From the NCBI GenBank assembly GCA_965279515.1, contig CBDIID010000003.1, positions 704,001-768,000 on the forward strand: DNA of 64,000 nucleotides, read 5' to 3'. The stretch comes from Turneriella sp. (GTDB lineage Bacteria; Spirochaetota; Leptospiria; Turneriellales; Turneriellaceae). Shown one piece after another: positions 17,893 to 27,300 of the stretch. The position numbers were made by a program, and so were the translations under genes. Each line of letters begins with the position of its first letter. Position 1 is the stretch's first letter. The notes under the pieces are model-generated. The model saw only the letters and a program-made list of their open reading frames with translations, made no database searches and was not told the DNA's origin.

Positions 17893-18666
17893 TTAGTATT
17901 GGCTCACGAGGCGGGCATTCACGAACTCACGGTTCATGCGCGCAATATGAGTCACGGAAATCTCTTTCGGGCACTCGGCCTCGCAGGCACCGGTGTTCGT
18001 GCAATTGCCGAAACCTTCGGCGTCCATCGCCGAGACCATTTTACGCACGCGTTCGGCGCGCTCGGCTTTACCCTGGGGCATGAGGGCGAGGTGAGAAACT
18101 TTTGCGGCGACGAAGAGCATCGCCGATGCGTTCTTGCAGGCAGCAACACAGGCGCCGCAACCGATACACGCAGCGGCGAGAAAGGCCTCGTCGGCGATGG
18201 GTTTCGGAACAGGAGTCAGGTTGGCTTCAGGCGCCGAGCCCGTGTTCACAGTGACATATCCCCCCGCTTGCTGAATGCGGTCGAACGCCGAGCGGTCGAC
18301 AACGAGGTCTTTGAGTACGGGGAATGCCTTCGCACGCCAAGGTTCGACGGTTACGGAGTCGCCGTCTTTAAATTTGCGCATGTGCAGCTGGCAGGTAGCC
18401 GTGCCGCGCTCGGGGCCGTGCGGGCGACCGTTGATCACCATACCGCATGAGCCGCAGATACCCTCGCGGCAGTCGTGGCTGAACGCGACGGGCTCTTCGC
18501 CTTTTTGCGTCAGATCTTCATTGAGAACATCGAGCATCTCGAGGAACGACATGTGTTCGTTCACTTCGTTCATTTGGTAATTTTTAAAAGAACCTTTGGA
18601 TTCTTTGTCGCTCTGCCGCCAGACTTTGAGTTTAATCTTCATCTGATGCAAAATTGTTTTCGCCAT
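17893..18666 (-). CDS. sdhB: Succinate dehydrogenase/fumarate reductase iron-sulfur subunit (start 18666 or 18642)
   Basis: [14 protein letters not shown] (2Fe-2S), [11 protein letters not shown] (4Fe-4S) and [12 protein letters not shown] (3Fe-4S). Confidence 0.93.
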   Translation of the reverse strand: MAKTILHQMKIKLKVWRQSDKESKGSFKNYQMNEVNEHMSFLEMLDVLNEDLTQKGEEPVAFSHDCREGICGSCGMVINGRPHGPERGTATCQLHMRKFKDGDSVTVEPWRAKAFPVLKDLVVDRSAFDRIQQAGGYVTVNTGSAPEANLTPVPKPIADEAFLAAACIGCGACVAACKNASAMLFVAAKVSHLALMPQGKAERAERVRKMVSAMDAEGFGNCTNTGACEAECPKEISVTHIARMNREFVNARLVSQY

Positions 18667-18691
18667 TACGGCATAAAGCGAAAAACGGGTA

Positions 18692-19954
18692 TTACGGAAC
18701 GCCGGCAGGTGCGGCGGAACTACGCAGGCGGGCGCGGAAATAAAGGATCGCATAACCCACGAAAAGCAGGGTCACAACGGCGAGTACATAGCTCACCGAT
18801 TCAAAAAAATCCAACCAACCGACCGTCACATTGCCGAAATTCCGGAGCAAAAGCAGGCAAATGGCCGCCAGGTAGCCAAACGAATCTGCCAGGTAGATAA
18901 AAAAGCCGGCATTGGCCTTGATGCGGAAAGCGGCAATCATCCGTTCAAACAGCATCGCATTCATGGGAATGTAGGCACCATACGAGCCAATACCCACGAG
19001 GATCATCCACGTGGCGCCGCCGATGAGGTGCAGCCTATAGAGCAATGTCGACAGGGCTACAGAGATGCCGCAACCGAGCAGAATATAGAGATTCACACGA
19101 AACGCGCGCCGGTTGTCATGGATACGGTAAAGCATACCGAGCGCAAAGAGCACAGCCAGCGCAACGGGAATTTCTGCCAAAGTGAAGATATAAGGGGTAT
19201 TGGTGAATCCCAGAGCCGCCCAGATTTCACGTGCGAAATTATCGCGCAGATCGCGGTAGGCGGTCAGCGCGGCATAGAAGACGATGAGTGCAAAGAGGCC
19301 CGGCAAAAATTCTTTGATCAGGTGGCGGCGCTCAGCCTTTGTCATGGGCAATCGCTCGACGCGGGCCTTTTTGTCCTCTTCGCTGGGCATCGGCAGGCGC
19401 GCAAGCAGCCAGGCAAAAAATAGCAGAAACGGAAAAAACAAAATGCCTGTCACCCAAGGCTGCGCAAACTCGCCCACCAGGCCCGTCTTGAGGACAGTGA
19501 GCCCCACGCTCTTAACCAGGCCCGATGAAATAACAAAAGTCACACAGAGTCCCGCGCCGAGAAGTTCGGTGTTACGCCGGCCTTCGAGAAAGGAAAACAC
19601 GAGGCCCCAGACAAGCCCTAAGGGTATGCCGTTCAGAAAAAGCCAGAAGATGCCCATCGCCGGCGAGGTCAGCGAAAAGCCAAACAGGCAGATTTCCGCG
19701 AAAACAATGCAGGCGACCAGGGCCACGGCACGTTTTGCCGGCGGCATCGCGGCAATGATGCGGATGCCGATAAATTTCGATAACGTATAGCCCGCGACTT
19801 GCGCAATGATCAGGGCAATCTTGTAATTGATGCCCAGGAAATAGAGATGCTGGTATTCGCCGACAGCGAAAGGCCTGCGGAAGGCATACATGCAGGTATA
19901 AGTTCCGAATGCGGCAATGAGCGCAGTGGCGGTAAAGCGCCATGGCGTGTGCAT
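18692..19954 (-). CDS. DUF5690-family MFS-like membrane transporter
   Basis: [31 protein letters not shown] and YLADSFGYL; about 12 TM segments. Confidence 0.75.
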   Translation of the reverse strand: MHTPWRFTATALIAAFGTYTCMYAFRRPFAVGEYQHLYFLGINYKIALIIAQVAGYTLSKFIGIRIIAAMPPAKRAVALVACIVFAEICLFGFSLTSPAMGIFWLFLNGIPLGLVWGLVFSFLEGRRNTELLGAGLCVTFVISSGLVKSVGLTVLKTGLVGEFAQPWVTGILFFPFLLFFAWLLARLPMPSEEDKKARVERLPMTKAERRHLIKEFLPGLFALIVFYAALTAYRDLRDNFAREIWAALGFTNTPYIFTLAEIPVALAVLFALGMLYRIHDNRRAFRVNLYILLGCGISVALSTLLYRLHLIGGATWMILVGIGSYGAYIPMNAMLFERMIAAFRIKANAGFFIYLADSFGYLAAICLLLLRNFGNVTVGWLDFFESVSYVLAVVTLLFVGYAILYFRARLRSSAAPAGVP

Positions 19955-20096
19955 CCGGCATTTTCTTACCATGCGCCTCTGCGCATACCGGAATTTAGCG
20001 TGACAGGTCGGGAAGTTCTGCAAAAGCCAAAATCAAGAGCGCAAAAGCTTTGGTTTGTGCGCATTCATGCGTTCGCGCTTGTCGCGAACTTGACTT

Positions 20097-22985
20097 TTGC
20101 AGAACTTCCCTACTGATCTTTTGAAAAAACACGTTTTCCACTTTTTTATCTGTTTTTTTTGCCTTATCAGCGCAACGATTGCGCTGCAGGAATTTTTACC
20201 GGGCAAAATGCCCAGACTTTTGCCTGCGGCCGAAAGTTTTATTCCTGACTTTTTGCGCAAAAAAGAACCTGCCCCGCCCAAAGCGGTAAATCCTACCGGT
20301 GAAATTTTTACAAACCGCGAAAAGGGGCTTCAACACTTCAACCGCAAGCTCGCCCAGCTCAAGGCCGGGCGGATTAACCGCGTGCGCGTCATGCATTTTG
20401 GCGATTCGGTTATCTGGTATGAGCGCGTTGCGCGCGATATCCGCGTGGGACTGCAAAAAGATTTCGGCGACGGCGGCCGCGGGCAGCTCTTGATGCACGA
20501 AGATTGGGGCGTGACGCTCGCCGGGCACGAGAACCTCACCAAAGACGGTTTTGAACTGATCGACATTCCTTACAACCACTTTAATCACATCGAACCCAAG
20601 TGGGTTAAAGCCACCGGGTACAGCGGCTGGACCTACCGCGCCGCTTCGCCGCAGACAGAAAGCGTGCAGAGATTTTCGCAGCAGTATGCGCCGATGAACC
20701 GCCTGACGCTCGTGATGCGCAGGCCCGAGGCAAAAAACGATCTCAACCAAAAGGTGCGGATAACCAACTTCGAAAAAACTCCGCGCGAAGAAAAAGCATT
20801 CGATCTGGCGCTCAGCAAAGACAGCTGCACCGTACACGAAGTCACGATTCCGGCGACGCGGCATATTGGCCTTGCCTTCGGTGACAAAGGCAAACCACCG
20901 GAAAAATCGGCGTTTCTCGACGCGGTGCTTCTCGAAACCGAGCGTGGCGTCTCGTACTCGACCTTTGTGCAGAAGGGCAAGCACATGGCCTGGATGACCG
21001 CCATCACGCCGCCGGCCTTCGATTGCGGGTATAAGGCGACGCATCCCGATCTGCTGATCTTCCAGTTTGGCATCAACGAGGGCGCCTCGATCGACTGGAA
21101 GGCATTCGGTTATTCGCACGATTACTACCGTAAGCAGATGACCGAGTTTTTCACCCGCATCAAGGCAGCGCTGCCCGATGTGGATATTCTGCTCATCGGG
21201 CCCTATGAGCGGCTGAAAAAAGTCGGCGAGACCTGGGTAACCTACAAGTCGCACGACGATGTGCGGCTCATGCAGCGCGAGATCGCCCAGAAGATGGGCT
21301 TTGCTTTTTTCGATTCATATGCCTTCCTGGGCGGCGAAGGCCACCAGCGCCGCATGATTAAAGAAGGAACCGCGACGGGTGACTATGCCCACCTGAATGA
21401 CAAGGGTTCGGCAATTCTGGGCAACGAAGTTTACCGCCAGATCTATGAAGGTTTTACCGGCAAGAAGACTGCGGTTCCGGGTGGCCAGGTGAATATTGCC
21501 GAGACCGATGCGCATGGAGGCGCTGGGTCGACGGCCGACAGGATGTCGTCCTTGCCGGCGACAGATGCGCCCTCCCCGATTCTCTTTAACTCGCTTGCCT
21601 TCGTTTACTTCTTCATAATCGTCTTCGCGGTCGCTGCGCTCCTGAATCGCGTGCCCTTCGGCCGCCTGGTATTTCTCACTTTGGCATCGTGGTACTTCTA
21701 TGCCTCGTGGCGCTGGTGGGCGCTGGGTCTCATGCTGTTCTCAACGGGGATCGATTACTGGGCCGCGGTGAAAATCGATGAAGCCGGTGACAATCGGCGC
21801 CGCGCCAAAATCTGGCTGCTGGTTTCGCTGGTGTCGAACCTGGGTTTATTGTTCTTCTTTAAGTACTATGATTTCTTTGCAGAGCTCTTAAACCCCTTTC
21901 TCGCGAAAGGCAACTTTTTCCAGATCCCAATTCTAAAACTCGTGCTGCCGGTCGGCATCTCGTTTTACACCTTCCAGTCCCTGTCTTATACCATCGATGT
22001 GTACCGGAAGCACATGCCGGCGGAGAAAAGTTTCTGGCGCTTCGCCTTTTTCGTGGCATTCTTCCCGCAGCTCGTCGCCGGCCCCATTGTGCGCGCGACA
22101 GAATTTTTGCCTAACCTCCTGAAATCCATCCGCCATTTTTTACCTGGCAAAGACGATTTCGGCAGCGCCGTCTATTTGTTCGCGAAGGGACTGCTCAAAA
22201 AGACACTCGCCGACTGGATCTCGGTCAACTACGCTGATCGAGTGTTCTCTGACCCCGGCATGTTCACCTCGGTCGAGACACTCGTCGGCGTCTATGCCTT
22301 CGGCATACAGATCTATCTCGATTTCTCGTCATACACCGACATGGCGATCGCCGCGGCGCGCGTCATGGGTTTCAACCTGACGCTCAACTTCAACCGGCCC
22401 TATGTTGCGGCGACGATCACCGAATTCTGGCGGCGCTGGCATATCTCGCTCTCGACATGGCTGCGCGACTATCTCTACATCAGTCTCGGCGGTAACCGGC
22501 GGCGCCTCTACTTCAATCTTTTTCTCACAATGCTGCTAGGTGGGCTCTGGCATGGCGCAGGCATCAACTTTGCGCTTTGGGGTATTTTCCACGGCGTGGT
22601 GCTGATTCTCGAGCGCGCAACAGGGTACTCCAAACGGGCGGATGCATCCCGGTTCTGGAAACCGTTTTCGATCTTCGTCACTTTCCATCTCGTCATGTTC
22701 GCCTGGATTTTATTCCGCTGCCATGATTTCGCGACCTTCTTGGCCGTATGGGATTCGCTGCGCTCGCTGAGTTTCAGCGCGCCCAACCTCGACTGGAAAA
22801 TTATCACGGCGATTTCCGTGCCCTATCTCTGGCAATTGATGGCCGAGAAGTTCCACTTTCTCTTCCACTTTATTTTCTCGAATCTGCCCGCGCCGGTGCA
22901 GGCGTTTGCTGTGTACCTCGTCTGTCTCGGTGTTTACCAGATCTTCACGGCAGAAGCAAAGGCTTTCATTTACTTTCAGTTTTAG
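20097..22985 (+). CDS. Fusion protein: SGNH/GDSL domain plus MBOAT O-acyltransferase (PatA/AlgI type)
   Basis: SGNH blocks HFGDS (20400-20408), FGINE and DYAH. MBOAT motifs LPVGISFYTFQSLSY, FFPQLVAGPI, FWRRWHISLSTWLRDYLYI and GLWHGA, with terminal FIYFQF. Confidence 0.9.
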   Translation: MQNFPTDLLKKHVFHFFICFFCLISATIALQEFLPGKMPRLLPAAESFIPDFLRKKEPAPPKAVNPTGEIFTNREKGLQHFNRKLAQLKAGRINRVRVMHFGDSVIWYERVARDIRVGLQKDFGDGGRGQLLMHEDWGVTLAGHENLTKDGFELIDIPYNHFNHIEPKWVKATGYSGWTYRAASPQTESVQRFSQQYAPMNRLTLVMRRPEAKNDLNQKVRITNFEKTPREEKAFDLALSKDSCTVHEVTIPATRHIGLAFGDKGKPPEKSAFLDAVLLETERGVSYSTFVQKGKHMAWMTAITPPAFDCGYKATHPDLLIFQFGINEGASIDWKAFGYSHDYYRKQMTEFFTRIKAALPDVDILLIGPYERLKKVGETWVTYKSHDDVRLMQREIAQKMGFAFFDSYAFLGGEGHQRRMIKEGTATGDYAHLNDKGSAILGNEVYRQIYEGFTGKKTAVPGGQVNIAETDAHGGAGSTADRMSSLPATDAPSPILFNSLAFVYFFIIVFAVAALLNRVPFGRLVFLTLASWYFYASWRWWALGLMLFSTGIDYWAAVKIDEAGDNRRRAKIWLLVSLVSNLGLLFFFKYYDFFAELLNPFLAKGNFFQIPILKLVLPVGISFYTFQSLSYTIDVYRKHMPAEKSFWRFAFFVAFFPQLVAGPIVRATEFLPNLLKSIRHFLPGKDDFGSAVYLFAKGLLKKTLADWISVNYADRVFSDPGMFTSVETLVGVYAFGIQIYLDFSSYTDMAIAAARVMGFNLTLNFNRPYVAATITEFWRRWHISLSTWLRDYLYISLGGNRRRLYFNLFLTMLLGGLWHGAGINFALWGIFHGVVLILERATGYSKRADASRFWKPFSIFVTFHLVMFAWILFRCHDFATFLAVWDSLRSLSFSAPNLDWKIITAISVPYLWQLMAEKFHFLFHFIFSNLPAPVQAFAVYLVCLGVYQIFTAEAKAFIYFQF

Positions 22986-24141
22986 AGCGGCGTTTTAATA
23001 GATCATCGGGAACAAAGCCCGCGAGAGGTATCACGTCGATTTCCGGGGCAAGGCGAAACCGGTCTTTGCCGGGATATATCAAAATCAAGCGATCCAATTT
23101 CAGATCCTCTATGGCTATCTTCATCGATCGTGTTAGAGACGGCCTGTCCGTAAATTTGAATTCCATGCCAATACGTCTGCCGTTATAGAGGAAAAATAAA
23201 TCCAGGTCGGTTTCATTGTGTGTCCCCCAGAAATAGACCTCGTCGGTTTTTAGCCGCAGGCAGCGTATTGCCTCTTCCAGGGCGAACCCCTCCCAGCTTA
23301 AACCCAGTTTCGGATGCAGTTTCAATTGCCGGTGGTCGCGGATATCCAGGAGAGCGTGCAAAAGTCCCGTATCGCGAAAGAAAATCTTAGGTGTTTTCAC
23401 CTGGCGCTTTTTCAGGTTCTCGTGCCACGGTTTTAATTCGCGGATCATAAAAGTGCCGGTAAGAATATCGAGGTAGCGCCGGATCGTCTTATCCGTCACA
23501 CCCAGCGCTTTACCGATTTCGGATGCGTTAAAAAGCCCGCCGTGGTAGTGCACGAGCATCAGCCAAAATTTCCGCATCGTGGCGACAGGTATGTCAAACC
23601 CGAGGGCACGGATATCGCGCTGCAAAAATGTTTCAATAAAAGCCCGCCGCCACTCGAAACTCGCGCGCTCCGCCGACGCAAGATAGCTTAACGGAAATCC
23701 CCCGCGCACCCAAAGCCGATTCAGCGAGTGAACTTCCGCAAGATTAAAAGGCTGTACTTCGATAAACTGAACCCGGCCGGCAAGGGTTTCCGCTCCCTGA
23801 CGCAAAAGCTCGGGGGAAGCACTGCCCAGGAGCAGGAATTTACGCCGGCGATCTTTCTGATCGAGCAAAACGCGCAGCACCGGAAAAAGATCAGGGCGGT
23901 TTTGAATTTCATCGAGGATAATCAACCCCGTCATATCTTCGAGCAGAAGTTTCGGATTGTCGAATTTCGCAAGATCGGTCGGATCTTCCATATCGAAAAA
24001 CCACGTGTTTCCGTTAGAGCCTGCCAGGAACGCCTTCGCCAGTGTGGTTTTACCGCATTGCCGCGGGCCGAGCAACATCAGGGCGTTCGTGTGCCTGAAC
24101 CGGTAACGAATCTCATCCGCCGCATGCCTCTGAATATCCAC
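22966..24141 (-). CDS. AAA+ ATPase with DUF4143 C-terminal domain (AAA_14/DUF4143)
   Basis: GPRQCGKTT, LDEIQ, LLGSAS, ETLAGR, RGGFP, KTPKIFFRDTGL, SWEGF and a PD-(D/E)xK-like DLDL..GMEFK. Confidence 0.9.
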   Translation of the reverse strand: MDIQRHAADEIRYRFRHTNALMLLGPRQCGKTTLAKAFLAGSNGNTWFFDMEDPTDLAKFDNPKLLLEDMTGLIILDEIQNRPDLFPVLRVLLDQKDRRRKFLLLGSASPELLRQGAETLAGRVQFIEVQPFNLAEVHSLNRLWVRGGFPLSYLASAERASFEWRRAFIETFLQRDIRALGFDIPVATMRKFWLMLVHYHGGLFNASEIGKALGVTDKTIRRYLDILTGTFMIRELKPWHENLKKRQVKTPKIFFRDTGLLHALLDIRDHRQLKLHPKLGLSWEGFALEEAIRCLRLKTDEVYFWGTHNETDLDLFFLYNGRRIGMEFKFTDRPSLTRSMKIAIEDLKLDRLILIYPGKDRFRLAPEIDVIPLAGFVPDDLLKRRSKTESK

Positions 24142-24151
24142 AAGACAAAAT

Positions 24152-24192
24152 AACTATGAAATATCGGATGTCAATTCCGATTTTTCATAGTT
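24152..24192 (-). promoter_or_regulatory. 17-bp inverted-repeat operator with TTGACA in its loop; leaderless promoter of the AAA-DUF4143 gene
   Basis: AACTATGAAATATCGGA-tgtcaat-TCCGATTTTTCATAGTT (one mismatch). Minus strand reads TTGACA-16 nt-TATTTT-5 nt-GTG. Confidence 0.65.
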
Positions 24193-24329
24193 TTAAATCC
24201 GCTGATTTTCAGGCGAATATGGCGCGGCATGCGACGGCAATACACGCTTTCATGCGCGCCGCCGCCCGACACCTCCTGTGCCATGGAAAAAGACTTTGAA
24301 AAGCATGATTCTCCCTTATACTGGCCGCT

Positions 24330-27300
24330 ATGGCCGAGCAGACGAAACAGCGCCGCGAAGATGCGATCACACAGACGGCGCGCATCACCGATGAGTTACT
24401 GAGCTCGGGCCAGATCACCCAGCGCGCCGCGGCGAAGATCTATGCCGGGCTCGGCCTTGAGCGTGCGACACAAAAAAATGAAACTGCTGAGGCTGGGCGC
24501 GAAGATTTTTTAAGCTGGTTATCCGGCGGCTTCGCCAGCGGATTTTCGGCTCTCGGCGCGGCCTTAAGCGGCATGTTCGTCTCAGCGCCCGCTGCAGAGA
24601 AATCACAGAATACGCGCAAGGCCACGACATCTGATGATCCGGTGACACGTCCCGTTGTCGGCGGCGTCGACGCCCTGCTCTCGTTCGAAACGCTCGCTGC
24701 GACGCTCAAGCCGCTCTTCAACGAATATGTTTGGTGGTTCATTGCCATGGTGCTCGTCATCTCAGGCTCGATCATGGGTATCCGCGAGGCCTGGCTGAGA
24801 TTCGAAGGTATCCTGCGGCCTCTCACCATTCTCTTTGCCTTCTTTACTTACCATACCTTGTTTCTCGGTCTGGGTCTTTTCCTTTTTAAGAGGAGCCCAG
24901 CGACCGGGCGGATGCTGCTGATTCTGGCGGCGTTGCTGATTCCCGTGATGTTTTCGATCGCCGCCTCTGTAACCGGGCAAGCCGCTGAGGCCGGTGCGAT
25001 CGCCACCGCCGTCTCGCTCGTGCTCTCGCTCATCACACTCTATCCCATTGCGGCGCGCGTGGGGATTCCCTACTTTTCTGCTGTGTTCTACCTGCCGGTC
25101 CCGTTCGCGATTACTGCGCTGTCAGCGTTGACCGCGGCGATTCCGCTTTTGCCGCTGGTGCTCATACCGGCTCTTGCGGCCTCTACGCTGACCGCAACCG
25201 GTCTGCAGGACAACGGCCGCCCCGCGCAAAAGTTCATTCTCGCCGTTGTCGGCATCGCCATCCTGTTTTTCACGCTCGCGTCCTTTAACCTTGACCCTGA
25301 AGAGGATATCGCCCGCACATTGCGCACCCTTGCGATCATGGCGGTACTTGCGCAGTTTGCTTTTCTTTTACGCGCGCTGGATTTCGCACGGGCGCGCTTC
25401 TTCACTGCCGTGGAAATTGTCGTTCTCGCCGTCATCGCCCTCTTACCGCTGATTGCGGCCCGTACCTTCGCCGGCGGCATGGGCACGATGCTGCCGTTCA
25501 GTTTCCGTATTCTGACCTATGTGTTTGCTATTGCAATTTTTTTGCGCGCGGCGATGCTGCACAATGCCGCGGTGCATCCGCTGATCTTTCTCGTGATGCT
25601 TTTTCTCTACCACGCCGCACGCATCTTCACAGTCGAGCCGGCATGGCAGATTTTTGCCTTCTTTATCTTTCCGCTGATTCTTCCCTGGTTCGGCTCGGCC
25701 TTCGACGAGCGCAAACAAAAGATTTATCTCTATTGGGCAACCGCGGCTGGGCTCATGGGTTCGCTGTGGCAGCTCTCGTCGCCGGCACCCCACATCGCCG
25801 CCGCGGCCACGGGCCTGCTCACGGCGATCACGATCCATAGGGGTGCAGGGTTTGGCCGCAATGCCTTCCACTATCTCTCGCCGATCGGCCTCATGGTTTT
25901 TATCGGCCGCCTACCACTCTTGCAAGGGGTAATCCTACAGCCCTTCGAGATCTTCGCGGTGCTGGCCCTGCTCTACGGTTTAGGCGGATTGATTTTTGAG
26001 CGTAAGGCTGAGCCCGCGGGCACAGATGGTGCTTACCCGATTGAAGACCTTTCGCTCTTCTGCGCGGCGATTGCCCTCGTAGCGCTGAACGGTTTTCGCC
26101 CGACCGGCGATGAAGTTTTGCTGAATCTTATGCCCGACCGCGCATTGCCCTTGCGGCCACTCCTGTGGTTTGGGGGCATTTATCTTTTTCTAAACCTACG
26201 CACGCTACGGGACCGCAGTATGGTGGTGAGTCTCTTCGCACACCTCGGAGCAATACTTTTCATCTTTAACTGGTTCAAGCCGCGGGATTTTGCCGAGAGT
26301 GGTTTTCTGTTACTGCTCTTGTCGGCGGGCTTTTATGGCGCGACATTTTTTTTCCGCCGCAGCGCCGCAGAGAGCGCCGAAAAATTCGGTCGTGTTTTCC
26401 TGATGAAGTTGCGCCTGCCTTTTAATGCGGGCGGCATCAACAATATCGGGTATGCGGCGGGGCTCACAACCCTGTTCACGCTCCTGATGCTGTGGCTGAA
26501 TGGCCCCAGCTGGATCGCCAATCCGGATCTCGAGCGGCGCGGCATTATGCTGATTAACCAGATATGCCTCATGCTCATGATCTTTGCGATCTTTCACTTC
26601 AAGACTTTTAGCTTCATGCGTTTGCGGGGCAGCCTCGTCTTGCTCTATGTACTGCTCTTCGCGATTGCCTTCACGGCTGTCATCAATCGCCTCGGCCGGC
26701 CGCTGCCGATCGATGCGGTGGGCTTACGCCTGCTTTTGCTCATGCCCGTCATGGCGCTTGTCACGCTGGCAATGAAGGTCTATGGCCCGCGCTATGGTAA
26801 ATCCCTGGAAGCAGAGAAACAGGGGCAGTGGTATTTTTCCGTTCCCGTCGCCGGCGTGATCGGTCTCACATTGCTTTTGTTTTTCGACGGCTTGCTGGTA
26901 TCTGCGCTCGATTTCGACCGCACCTTTTATTTTGTGCCACCGACGCTTTTCCTCGCGCTGGCGCTCTATCCCCTGATTCTAGCGCACACCGTGACGATCC
27001 ACCTGCGCCACCTGTTTTATTTTTTTATGCCGGTCTTTCTCGCGGCCGTTGCGGGTGAGCGCAGCTTCCTCGGGCCCAATCTTTCTAACCTCAACACGGC
27101 CGGTGTTTGGCTGCCTTCAGCATTCCAGGGTAACCCGTTGGATCTCCTCGCGAACTTCAGTCTCGCGCTCGCTGACGGTTATTCGTACCTGGCTTTCAGG
27201 CAAAACATTGTACTCGGCATTGCGGCAGGCGTTCTGCTGCTGAGTGTACTCGCCTTTGCCTCGCGCCGCACCGCCGCTGGTACTTTTGTGGCGCAGACTT

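Noticed and set aside
20196..21254. 352-aa antisense ORF
   Set aside because: Shadow of the SGNH domain coding region.
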